Positions 50,490 through 62,874 of a DNA stretch of 64,000 nt are shown one piece after another. The stretch comes from Octopus sinensis. Taxonomy: Eukaryota. The notes beneath the pieces were generated by a model. It was not told the DNA's origin, ran no database searches, and saw only the letters and a program-made list of their open reading frames with translations. The translations under genes and the position numbers were made by a program. The first letter of the stretch is position 1. Each line of letters opens with the position of its first letter. The stretch covers positions 102,548,001-102,612,000 of the forward strand of contig NC_042999.1 in NCBI RefSeq assembly GCF_006345805.1, read 5' to 3'.

Positions 50490-51745
50490 TTTAGGTACAA
50501 GTCCAGTAGTTTTCAGGGAAGCAGGTTAATTGATGCCATTCAACTCAATACTTCTCTGGTACCATATTTTGTTGACCCCGGAAGGATGAAAGGAAAAGCT
50601 GACCTCTGGCAGGAATTGAACTCCAAACATAGATGCAAAAGAAATGCCACAGTGCTCTTAATATTCTGCCAATCTACAATTTCTTTATTAACCAACACAA
50701 ATAATAGTTTCTAATATAGGGAGAAGGTTTGAAATTTGGAGAAGGGTTAGTCAGTTAAATCAACTCCAGTTCTTAATGGGTGTTTTATCTTATTGGGCCT
50801 GAAGGGATGTAGGGCAAAGTTGACCTTGGTAGGCTTTGAATTTAAAATGTAATGAGTTGCAAGAAATACAGCAAGGCATTTTGTCCAATGCTGTGATAAT
50901 TCTGCCAATTTCTTACCCTTAATAATTGCATCTAACATAGGTATAAGACCTGGAATTTAGGGGTAGGAGGAGGTTACTCAATTAAATTTATCCTAATACT
51001 TGACAGGCACTTTATTTTATCAACTGTTTAAGATGAAAGGCAAAGTTGACTTCAGCAGGATTTGAACTCAGAATGAAAAAAATAAAAAGCTAAAACGAAT
51101 ACTGCCAATCATTTTATTCTATGCTCTAGCAATTGTGCTAATTTCACTACCCTAATAATAACAATTTGTAATGTAAATAAAGGTACAAGGTCTGAAATTT
51201 GAGCCAAGGGTTATTTCGATAAATTGGCCCAGTTCATGACTGGTATTTTCTTTCACCAAGCTTGGAAAGATGAAAAGCAAAGTTAAACCCTGTGGGATTT
51301 GCTTTCAGAATGTAAAAAGTCAGAAGAAATACTGCAAAGTGTTTTATCCCAACTGAAATGATTTGGCCAATTCACTACTCTTTGTTTCTAGCATAAGCGT
51401 AAGGCCTAAAATTTTATAGATAGGAAATTTGCCCAATTAAATCAGCTCAAGCATTTGTCTGGTATTCCACCATTTCTGCCTGGCCCTTACACTTACACAG
51501 TGTTAATAATAATTGCTAATAAAATTTTGGCACAAGGCCAGAAATATTTTAGTGGTTGGGGATTAGTCTATTGCAATGACCTCCAATACTTGACTGGTTC
51601 TTTATTTTGTTGACATTGAAAGAAAGAAGGGCAAAGTTGACCTTAGCAGTATTTGAACTCAGAATGTAAAGAGGGTAGAAGAAATTCCACAAAGCATTCT
51701 ATTCTGTTCCAATGCAGTAATGATTCTGTCAGCTCACCACCTTCG
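50490..51745 (-). repeat. Head-to-tail array of about 6 diverged SINE copies
   Basis: Units starting at ~50490, 50710, 50930, 51170, 51385 (truncated) and 51515, most with gatgaaaggcaaagttgacc...atttgaactcagaatg...attctgcca. Confidence 0.7.
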
Positions 51746-52008
51746 TAGAGTTGTTAATAATAATAATAATAACAATGGGTCCTTTTGAGCAGGGTGGGCT
51801 ACTCAACCTGAAGAAAATTCTAACTGAGCCCCACCTGCAAGATCATGTGCTGTTTATCTTGATAGAAAATCACCATGTCGCACACATATGGCTGTGATGC
51901 ATGTACCTGGTGTACCCTTATCAGATGGGTTGTCATGATGGGTATATTTTACTCCAGTGTCCCTTTGATGGCATGTGCTGCTCTCTCACTCGATAATGAT
52001 AATAATAA

Positions 52009-52562
52009 TGACAATGTGGCAAGAATGATCCATTGGGAGCCTACAAAGAGCAAAGATGTAGCATGAGAAAACCCTAGAAGGAGTCAGTGAGAATGAAAAT
52101 TGCATAATCCTGTGGCATGCAATGATTCAGTGCAATCACCTGACCAGACATTGAAAACTCGGCATTGTTGTGGTGAATAAAAAAAAAAGAACATGCATGA
52201 TAATTGACATAGCATGACCTGGTGACAACAGAATCAAAGAGAAAGAAGAAGAAAAAATGAACACTACGACGAGTTGAAGTGGGAAATACAAAGGTTGTGG
52301 TCAGTGAAGAAAGTAGACATTATACCAATAGTAATTGATACACTTGGAAGTATCAGCACTCAATTACCAATATGGCTGAAAAAGATTGGTAGAAATGTGA
52401 AGGTAGAACACCTACAAAAATCAGCATTGCTTGGAATTGCAAGAATTCTTCACAGGGTTCTTGAAGCATGACCAGTAAACAAGTGTCACCTTAGTCTGCT
52501 GGCTGTGGACAGCTGACACTTTCCATCATACCCAGCAAAATAAGCCGAGAGTTTTCATTAAG
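52009..52562 (+). mobile_element. R4/Dong-clade LINE 3' end (restriction-like endonuclease domain) with (TAG)(TAA)n tail
   Basis: DNVARMIHWE...GIVVVNKKKRTCMIIDIA*PGDNRIKEKEEEK...ELKWEIQRLWSVKKVDIIPIVIDTLG...LQKSALLGIARILHRVLEA. Confidence 0.8.
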
Positions 52563-52597
52563 TAGTAGTAGTAGTAGTAGTAGTAATAATAATAATA

Positions 52598-52641
<44 letters not shown>

Positions 52642-52691
52642 TGTCACTTTGCTGGCATGCACTGTTCTCTTACTCAATAATAATAATAATG

Positions 52692-52725
<34 letters not shown>

Positions 52726-52727
<2 letters not shown>

Positions 52728-53281
52728 GCCCTGATGCAGTACCAGGCAGTGGCTCTCATGGCTTCTGATCTTAACTGATTGGAAGTGTTATCATGTACAT
52801 TGTTTTGTCTTGGTATAAAAGATGGGCTACAGCAAATATTCTGCTCAATACCACAGATTTGCTTGTCAGTTGTTTGACCTTAACCAGTTGAGCATGTCCC
52901 TTAGTGGCTGACGATATGTGCATCTCTGATCACGAGCAGAAGTAGTGGGGGAGCATCATAGCAATGTGTTGAGAGGGATTCTTTGGGGTTTGAATAGTTC
53001 ACCTCTGGAAACATGGGTGGTTCTTTCAACATCCTTAAACAACCCTTATTCAGGGACCGTTTGAGCGGGATGGGATACTCAACCTGAAGAAAATTCTAAC
53101 TGGGCCCCACTTGCAAGGTCATGTGCTGTTTATCTTGATATGAGATCACCATGTTGCGCACATATGGTTGTGATGCATGTGCCTGGTGTACCTTTATCAG
53201 ACGGGTAGTCATGATGGGTATATTGGGCTTCGTATATTTTACCCCAGTGTCACTTTGATGGCATGAACTGCTCTCTCACTC

Positions 53282-53282
<1 letters not shown>
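52726..53282 (+). mobile_element. (TAA)n-tailed interspersed repeat (truncated copy at 51775-51990)
   Basis: Two copies share ...gagcgggatgggatactcaacctgaagaaaattctaactgggccccac...gctctctcactcaataataat. Both are embedded in (TAA)n. Confidence 0.7.
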
Positions 53283-53316
<34 letters not shown>

Positions 53317-53381
53317 TAATAATAATAATAATGATAATAATAATGTTGATCTGATATAGTTATTGTTATTTTATTGAACAG

Positions 53382-53485
53382 GGCTATCAGAAAGAAGTGG
53401 GAGAAATTGGATTAACAATTATTATTTCCGGAGTAGGTGGATCTATTGTGGCTGGATTGTGGCTTGACAAAACCAAAACATTCAA
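53382..53485 (+). CDS. FLVCR1/2: FLVCR-like exon (104 nt)
   Basis: gaacag|GGCTAT...TTCAA|gtaagt. Encodes GYQKEVGEIGLTIIISGVGGSIVAGLWLDKTKTF(K), with the GLWLD.TKT motif. Confidence 0.93.
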
Positions 53486-55053
53486 GTAAGTCCCCAATGT
53501 TACATTTTCATGATATTATGATATTGTTGTTATGTCTCTCTCTCTCTCTTTTTTCATATTCTTCTTCCTCATCTTCTTCTTCACTACCGTCCATCACTAT
53601 CCACTGACACCCTTACCACCTTCACTTCTCCACCACCATTACCTCCTGCCACCATCACCTCCCCCTGCCTCCCACATCACTCCCACAGCCTCCTCCACCT
53701 TTATCTCATTACCTCTGCTGTCTTCACTACTATCACACCCACTACCCTCCCCCACACCAGCTAAACCTTTATCTGTCTTGATCAAAGATAGTCAAATTGA
53801 GACCATATTGTTTCTTTTTGTGTAAGCATGGTGTATCTAAGACTACATTATCCAATGTGTTCTTACTTTTTTGGAAGACAAAGTGCAATATGAAAGAGAG
53901 AGAAAGTTAGTTGTTATTTCCAGCAGATTAGGTGACCATACATAGGCTTCTTAGAATCATTAGAGCCCTGGGAAAATGCTTTGTGGTATTTGTCCTAGCT
54001 CTTACTTCTTGAGTATAAATCCCATCGAGGTTAACTTTTCCTTTCACCCTCTCAGGTTCAAGTGCTGGGGTTGATTTAATTGACTATACTTCCCACTCCA
54101 AAACTGTGGCCTTTTGCCTGTATTAGAGACAATTATTTAACCAAATTGAATCTGATTTCATTTGAACCCATGGCAGTGAGATGTAGTATTAGTTACACAA
54201 GAGATTCAAATCTTACACTTTACTATCTCAAATATCTCCATTTCTAGGTTGAATGTATAAGATGATTGGCTTATAATTATCAGTTGATCTTCCACTGCAT
54301 ATCTTTTGTTGTATCTCTTGGTAAACTACCTAATACAGTAACAGACCAGTTAGCTAACAAGCTTGGGGCTGGAAGTGGCTTGGATTTCTGGATTTTTCAG
54401 TTTTCTGGAAACAACCTAAATATTAAAAAGATAAGATAAACTAAATTGTATATAATATATTCAAATTAATTGACTTCTAAAGTGATATTTATCAATCCAC
54501 TCAAAATTCTTAAAACATATCATACTGTAGCATGTATACAGAATGTTTACAGGATAAAAATTAAACGAAATAAAGTAGAGAACATGATTATATTTAACAG
54601 GTACAGATACAAATGGATACACTTCTAAAGTATAGTATGTTCAATCTTTATCAATCCATATATAAAAGTAAAAAAAAACAAAACCATTTTCAACTTGTAT
54701 GCAAATTAACCAACTTCAAAAACAGGGTCTATTTACTAAATATAGGGTAGAGGAATTTCAACCATGTTTTGTGGTCTACTACCACAACAGCTCCTTTATA
54801 GGATCCCGTTAGCTCAAGACATCAATCATCAGGAGAAACCACGGCCAGTTTTGGCCCCTACTCCTCTACCATTTTGACGTAGCGGGGTCCCCCCTTTCAG
54901 AGGTGTCTTCAGCTCTGGTGTTGAGTGCATGTCTTCTTTCTCATTCTTTCTTCTATTCCCTGGCCTCTTCGATGTGTCATACACGCAACACACAAACTCA
55001 TTCAAGTTTTAACTGATTTTAAAAAAGAAATTTGTCTTTTTTTTCTTTTACAG

Positions 55054-55164
55054 AAGTACCACATTGATGATGTATTTGTTATCTCTTGGAGGGATGATAG
55101 CATTCACGTTTACACTTGATCTCAACAAAATTTGGGTAATTTTCATCAGTGCTGGTGTTTTAGG
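55054..55164 (+). CDS. FLVCR1/2: FLVCR-like exon (111 nt); gene continues, next exon not found in window
   Basis: ttacag|AAGTACC...TTAGG|gtatgt. Encodes (K)STTLMMYLLSLGGMIAFTFTLDLNKIWVIFISAGVLG. The expected next exon (FFMTGYLP.GFE type) was not seen before 64000. Exon sizes 141/68/104/111 match those I recall for human FLVCR1 exons 3-6 (recalled, should be verified). Confidence 0.92.
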
Positions 55165-55420
55165 GTATGTACTTTATCTCTTGTTTGAACCTGTTGCATC
55201 TCTTTCATCTTTTATCTTTTACTTGTTTCCGTCATTAAACTGAGGCCATACTGGGGCACCACCTTGATAAATTTTTAGTCAAATGGATTCACCCCAGAAC
55301 TTCCTTTCTGGTGCTTACTCTATTGCTCTCTTTTGCTGAACCACTTAGATTATAAGGATGTAAACACACTAACATCAGTTGTCAAGTGGTGGTGGGGGAG
55401 GACAAATACAAACGCAAAGA

Positions 55421-55456
<36 letters not shown>

Positions 55457-55682
55457 AATACACACTCACAAACACACACACACACAAACACACATACACA
55501 CACCACACACACATGACATATATGATAGGCTTCTTTCAGTTTCTGCCTGCCAAATCCACTCAAAAGGCTTTGATCAGCTCAAGGCTATAGTAGAAGACAC
55601 TTGCTCAAGATGGCATGTTGTGAGACTGAACCTAGAATGATGCGATTGAGAAACAACTTATTATACTGCCATGTCTGCACCT

Positions 55683-55726
<44 letters not shown>

Positions 55727-56022
55727 CACCGTGATCACCGTGACCGACCAGGCTATCAGATGTTGCTACACATCACTGGTTACAATGTGTTTTGCATTGT
55801 TTTAGCCTTCAAATGGCTAAACGAGCAGGCTAATAGAAGAAAGAGTGAGAGAAAGTTATGGCGAAAGAGTACAGCAGGGATCGCCACAATCCTCTGCCGG
55901 AGCCTTGTGGAGCTTTAGGTGTTTTCGCTCAATAAACACTCACAACGCCCGAGCTGGGAATCGAAACCGTGATCCTACGACCACGAGTCTGCTGCCCTGA
56001 TCACTGGGCCATTGCGCCTCCA
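55727..56022 (-). mobile_element. Young tRNA-derived SINE (third family; duplicated at ~57229-57525, partial at 39900-40060)
   Basis: Minus-strand head ggcgcaatggcccagtgatcagggcagcagactc...ggtttcgattccc has A/B boxes; CpGs are retained. Confidence 0.8.
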
Positions 56023-56180
56023 CATATATATATATATATATACATGTATATATGAGAGGTATTGGTATCCAGAAGACCCTAGGCGGCAGGTAAGGCTATG
56101 TAAGTGCTATGTAGTTAGACTCTCAGTTCGATAATGGTACGAGTGAGGAGTCTAATGCGAGTCTTGTATGAGCATGTATA

Positions 56181-56308
56181 TGTTAAATAAAATGAGACAA
56201 CAAAGCCAAGGCTGTGTGGAATTTTCAGGACATTTGTAAAGAGAAATCTCCTTAAATGTCCTGAAAATTCTACACAGCCTTGGCTTTGTTGTCTCATTTT
56301 ATTTAACA
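56181..56308. repeat. 55-bp near-perfect hairpin with an 18-nt loop (duplicated at 57684-57811)
   Basis: Arm 56181-56235 versus arm 56254-56308: the only difference would be a G.U pair on the + strand RNA. Confidence 0.9.
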
Positions 56309-57171
56309 CATGCACGCACATGCACATACACACATATGTGTGTATGTGAATATATATAACAAGAAGCTCATGGTAAGCTCTCTGTTTGGTGTACAGCTAT
56401 CAAGAAGATTAATTGACTTTAGGGTGTAAAATTAGCATTGCTTTTCTGAAAAATCTGGGAATCACAATGTCAGAAAGTATATAATAATTAACCAAGTTTT
56501 GGAGAAATGAAAATCAAATACATGTTCCATATGTTGACAGCTATTTCATATTGTGTATCTAAATATATCACTGATGCTAAAACGTCCTCACACATATAAG
56601 TATATATGCTGATGCTCATATGTAGTAATGTTGTTGCATAATGAATAAAATTTCTCTGCAGAACATTTGATGGGCAGTAAATATTTGGCTGATATAGGAA
56701 TAAATATTTTATCTCTCATGTCTCTCAAATTTGATTAATTACACCTATCATTTATGTTTTACTTGTTTCAGTCATTAGACTGTGGCCATGCTGGGGCATT
56801 GCCTTGAAGTATTTTAGTTGAATGAATCAACTCCCCACCCACTTTTATATTTTTTCCTAAGCCTGGTACTTATTCTATCACTCTCTTCTACCAAACCGCT
56901 AAGTTACTGGGATGTAAACACACCAATACTGGTTGTCAAGCAGCAATGGAGAACAGACACAAAGAAACACACACACACACACACACCACACACACACACA
57001 CATGACATATATGATAGGCTTCTTTCAGTTTCTGCCTGCCAAATCCACTCAAAAGGCTTTGATCAGCTCAAGGCTATAGTAGAAGACACTTGCTCAAGAT
57101 GGCATGTTGTGAGACTGAACCTAGAATGATGCGATTGAGAAACAACTTATTATACTGTCATGTCTGCACCT

Positions 57172-57232
<61 letters not shown>

Positions 57233-59062
57233 CGTGATCACCGTGACCGACCAGGCTATCAGATGTTGCTACACATCACTGGTTACAATGCGTTTTGCAT
57301 TGTTTTAGCCTTCAAATGGCTAAACGAGCAGGCTAATAGAAGAAAGAGTGAGAGAAAGTTATGGCGAAAGAGTACAGCAGGGATCGCCACAATCCTCTGC
57401 CGGAGCCTTGTGGAGCTTTAGGTGTTTTCGCTCAATAAACACTCACAACGCCCGAGCTGGGAATCGAAACCGTGATCCTACGACCACGAGTCTGCTGCCC
57501 TGATCACTGGGCCATTGCGCCTCCACATATATATATATATATATACATGTATATATGAGAGGTATTGGTATCCAGAAGACCCTAGGCGGCAGGTAAGGCT
57601 ATGTAAGTGCTATGTAGTTAGACTCTCAGTTCGATAATGGTACGAGTGAGGAGTCTAATGCGAGTCTTGTATGAGCATGTATATGTTAAATAAAATGAGA
57701 CAACAAAGCCAAGGCTGTGTGGAATTTTCAGGACATTTGTAAAGAGAAATCTCCTTAAATGTCCTGAAAATTCTACACAGCCTTGGCTTTGTTGTCTCAT
57801 TTTATTTAACACATGCACGCACATGCACATACACACATATGTGTGTATGTGAATATATATAACAAGAAGCTCATGGTAAGCTCTCTGTTTGGTGTACAGC
57901 TATCAAGAAGATTAATTGACTTTAGGGTGTAAAATTAGCATTGCTTTTCTGAAAAATCTGGGAATCACAATGTCAGAAAGTATATAATAATTAACCAAGT
58001 TTTGGAGAAATGAAAATCAAATACATGTTCCATATGTTGACAGCTATTTCATATTGTGTATCTAAATATATCACTGATGCTAAAACGTCCTCACACATAT
58101 AAGTATATATGCTGATGCTCATATGTAGTAATGTTGTTGCATAATGAATAAAATTCTCTGCAGAACATTTGATGGGCAGTAAATATTTGGCTGATATAGG
58201 AATAAATATTTTATCTCTCATGTCTCTCAATTTGATTAATTACACCTATCATTTATGTTTTACTTGTTTCAGTCATTAGACTGTGGCCATGCTGGGGCAT
58301 TGCCTTGAAGTATTTTAGTTGAATGAATCAACTCCCCACCCACTTTTATATTTTTTCCTAAGCCTGGTACTTATTCTATCACTCTCTTCTACCAAACCGC
58401 TAAGTTACTGGGATGTAAACACACCAATACTGGTTGTCAAGCAGCAATGGAGAACAGACACAAAGAAACACACACACACACACACACACACACATTCTAT
58501 ATATATATAGAATATATAGAAGGTGATGAAGCATGATCTTCAAACTTTGGGCCTAACTGAGGCGATGACTAGTGACTGAGACCTTTGGCAATATGCTGTA
58601 CTGAAGAAGACCTATTTAGCCAAGTGAAATCGTAGTTGTGGATGATGCTGGTGTCACGTAATTGGCACCCGTGCTGGTGGCATGTAAAAAGCACCTTTTG
58701 AGTGTTGTGCCTCATGGAGGTACAGTGGTTAACGCTGTTGGCACATGAAAAGCTCCTTTCGAATGTTGGGTCTCACAGAGTCAATGACTGAGACCTTTGG
58801 CATTATGTTGTGCTTGAGAAGGAGACCCATCAAGCTGAGTAAAATCTCAGTGGAAGATACTGGTGTCACCCAAATGGCACTTGCACTGGTAGCATGTAAA
58901 AGCACCCTTCACACTCTCAGAGTGGTTGGTATTAGGAAAGGCATACAGCTGTAGAAACCATGCCAAATCAGACTGGAGTCTGGTGCAGCCTTCCAGCTTG
59001 CCAGCCCTGTTTGAACTGTTCAACCTATGTCAGCATGGACAATGGACGTTAAATAATGATGA

Positions 59063-59110
<48 letters not shown>

Positions 59111-60796
59111 CTTCTTCCAGTTTCTGTTTACCAAATCCACTCACAAAGCTTTGGCCAGCCTGGGACTCTAGCAGAAGACACTTACCCAAGCTGCAATGCA
59201 ATGGAACTGAACCCAGAACCATGTGGTTGGGAAGCAAACTGCTTACCACACAGCCATACCTGCACCTATATATATAAATAGATCACCACTATGTTGTTGT
59301 AGCTACTTAAGTGTACAAATTTACGTACCCAAGGGGTGTAACATCACTTTGGTATAGTAATTAACACAGTAATTACAGCAGATATGGCTTTCAAATCCCA
59401 AAAGTGATGTCACAAAGTTTTTAAATCTATTTCTTCTATATTACATCTTTATATATATACATACATGCATATGCTAACATAAAAAACAGACGACGCTAGG
59501 TTTGTCTGAGAAACTTACAATTCTCTAAGTTGCATGGTGCTGAATCAAATTGTTATTAATCTTTTGTTAAGAAATGTCATATTTGAAGCTATTTTCTGTT
59601 GAGATATGTCAAATTTATCAAAGCAACATGACTTGAAGAAAATACTAATTCTATTTGTGGTAGATATTTAACATAATTACTGAAATAACAAATTTGATTT
59701 TACAGTGAAAGGGTTAAATGACATATATTCCATAATGTAATGCTTAGAATAAAACACCTAAAGTAAGAAGTTCATAAATCTCCCTAAAATACTAGGTGTT
59801 TTTTGTAAGCAAAACTGGATCAAAAGAAAAGCAATAATAATTTAGATGGTTGTATGGAAGTGCCGATCTTGAATTGTGGAGGGAACCTGATGAAGAGGTA
59901 GATCCAGTAAGATGTTGGACGAGGTGGGGAAATGTGATCTTTGGATGTTGAGTCTCATGGAAGCAATGACAAGTGACAGAGACTTCTGGTGATTTTCTGT
60001 GCTTGAGAAAACACGTCAAGCTAATTAAAATCGTAGTTATGGCCAGTGATGGTGACATGTGAAAAGTACCAGTGCTGGTGACACATAAAGGATACATTTG
60101 CCAGTGACATGTAAAAGAGACCCAGTACCCTCTGTTGAGTGGCTGACATTAAGAAGGGCATCCACTTGTAGAAACCAAGCCAAAACAGACTGGGGCCTAG
60201 TGCAACTCTCTGGCTTACCAGTTCCAGTCAAACCATCCAACTCATGCCAGCATGTAAAATGGATGTTATATGATGATGATGATGGTGGTGGTGGTGGAGT
60301 AGAAACCAAACCAAAATGTATATAGAGTAGTATTCCAATGTACTTGATGGTTTGTTTTGCTATTTAAATTTAGTTTGAATCTTGCTAACAATTGGTTTCC
60401 ATTTAATCATCTTGTTAATTGTGGTGCTGGTGGTTGTGTTGGCTGTAGGGCTATGGAATAAGAATCAGCTATACATTGCAATTCATTGCCAGAGTTAATG
60501 TCATATAATTACAAACTGCATTTGAATATCACTGCTGGTGTTAATTGTATAGTATTTATCCCAAAACAAACAGAATTTGAAATAATTTTGAGCTAACATT
60601 CCCTACTATATAAACACACACACACATGCATACTCGTAACTCATACTCATAATTATGTACATACAAAAGAAACACATAGTGTACATTAGAAATTGTATGC
60701 AAGAAAGAAATGCTAGGTATGAGAAGCACCACAGTACACACATGCTCATATGCTGTTACTTGCATACCCATATATATGTATGTGTGTGTGTGCATA

Positions 60797-60850
<54 letters not shown>

Positions 60851-60939
60851 ATGGAGGCAACACAATCAAAGAGTCCTTGAGCAACTGAAACCTGAGTGTC
60901 TTGTTAGTCAGCTGAAAGCAGTTTTGGCACAAACTTGGC

Positions 60940-61270
60940 AGACACATGTCTCGTACCCAAATCTTCAGTGATAATGGACTGAACTGAACCATAACTAATC
61001 TGCACATCCTCTGATAACTCATGGATGGTGATTCAACAATTTCCTCTCACAGCTGCACACATATCTGCAATGTTTCTCTCAGTTCAGCTGGTTGTGGTTC
61101 TCCCAGAATGATCGTCAATATTGACATTTTTTCAGCCATCTTGGAAACATCTCAACCATTCATACACTTGTGTGTGGCTTATACACTCCTCTCCATACAC
61201 TTTCTGAAACTTTGCACAGGCTTCTGAGCAGGTATCGCCTTGACAACTTTCTCTATCATAGTCAATGAGA
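60940..61270 (-). mobile_element. Mariner transposase N-terminal (HTH) relic
   Basis: ...CSEACAKFQKVYGEECISHTQVYEWLRCFQDG*KNVNIDDHSGRTTTS*TERNI...ITIHELSEDV. Confidence 0.7.
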
Positions 61271-61663
61271 TGATCACACACTACACACCTTCCTTTGAAG
61301 CATTGCTGTAAACAGTGGAAGTGAGGTAGAACATTAAAACTTAGTGTGCATGCACAGCATAGTTCAAGGTTAATCTGTGCCAAGTAACTTTACTCTGCAT
61401 GCTTTAGCTTCATTGCTATAGCAACAGTCTGGATACTTATTGATCAGACTTTGTATATACATATATATTTGAATAGAAAATTCACAAAAAAGTCACTTCT
61501 ATTGATTTTTTAATGGCTTTGCGTGGTGACTGGGGAAATGTAAAGATGTGCGTGACCACCCTTGGACGGTTTTGAATGACCATAGAAAGTGCGAGCCCTC
61601 TAACTGAAAAATTGTGGATTTTTATAAAGGACACACACACACATTTTGCTGTTTATATATATA

Positions 61664-62059
61664 CTAGCAGTATCGCCCGGCGTTGCTCGGGTTGTAAGGG
61701 AAATAACTATATAAGCATTTTTAGAGAGTTATAGCCAAAAAATAGCAAAAAAATGCATTAAAAATTGAAAAAAAATTAAGGTAAATTTTTTTTTTAAATC
61801 GTTGACACATCGTAGATATTTTTAGAGAGTTACTTCCCTTATATAAAAGCTAAAAAAATGCATTAACATGGAAAAATATGATGGTAAATTTTTTTTAAAT
61901 CGTAGACTCATCGTAGACGCGCGCTAATACCCAGAAGGGCTCGATATGAATCATGACTATAAGATACCCGCTTTTGGTTAAACTGCACGGCAAAATGTGG
62001 GAGTAGTTACGAATCTAAATCGAAGGGGACAGACACACAACTTCACTCTTATATAAAGA
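61664..62059 (-). mobile_element. Non-autonomous Helitron
   Basis: The minus strand reads A|TC...CCCGAGCAACGCCGGG hairpin (61676-61691)...CTAG|T, giving the canonical TC start, subterminal hairpin, CTAG end and A|T target. Confidence 0.85.
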
Positions 62060-62833
62060 TGCTTTTTTTTTTTCAGTCATAGAGTTAGATTTATGAAGGT
62101 CTTCAGTAGAAAATCCTTCGAATTCTGACTCGCTGCTTGATATAATGAAATTTGTATCCATTTTTTGTCAGAATTACAAATTTGAAAACACAATAAGAAC
62201 AAATTTCGGAAAAAAAATCTCCCATAATTCACGGAATTAAAATTACACTTCGATTTTTGTACAAAACTGTATTTGAAGTGTTACGAAGTATAATACGTGT
62301 TTTCACGAATGTACTAAAGATTTACTCTGATATTCTCATTTAAATATGAATAGGTAAATTCGGGCGGTTTGGTAACGAAAGGGTTTATATAAGTGTCGTC
62401 TGTTTATACATAAACACTGTTTCATACTTTCAGTTTAGTCTTGCTCAAATCACTCTGTCGCTAATTTACTCTCTTCCAAGACATTTTCACTCACTGTTAT
62501 CTGTTAGCTTCCCATACATTTTACTCATGTATCTATCAGCGTGATAGACAGAAACAAATATTACATTTACTTTCATTTTATTCGTCGCACACTGTGTGTG
62601 TGTGTTTGCGTGTGGTGTATGTAACCAGACTAAGAAAAGCATTTGACACACACCAGAATGTGAGTTTTCTGTAAATTTTGCTTAATTGGAGTTTAAATTT
62701 TAAAAACTGGACCTGGCATGACGCGATGCATTGTACTCTTAAAAATGCTAGGTAAATTGTAATTGAAGAAATCCTATATTGTAGATTTGTATAACTCCCA
62801 AAGGGAGGCAGATAAAATCTGCCTTTTATAATA

Positions 62834-62874
<41 letters not shown>

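Larger units (their letters stand above)
55495..58495 (+). repeat. Tandem duplication of ~1.5 kb with junctions in (CA)n
   Basis: Copies are offset by 1489-1503 bp (identical ORFs at 56115/57618). I saw 2 substitutions, 2 homopolymer indels and microsatellite length changes. Confidence 0.9.

Noticed and set aside
54760-54950. GC-richer intronic segment with small hairpins (ttgtggt/accacaa) as a snoRNA or other ncRNA
   Set aside because: No C/D or H/ACA boxes in a convincing arrangement and no recognisable family.
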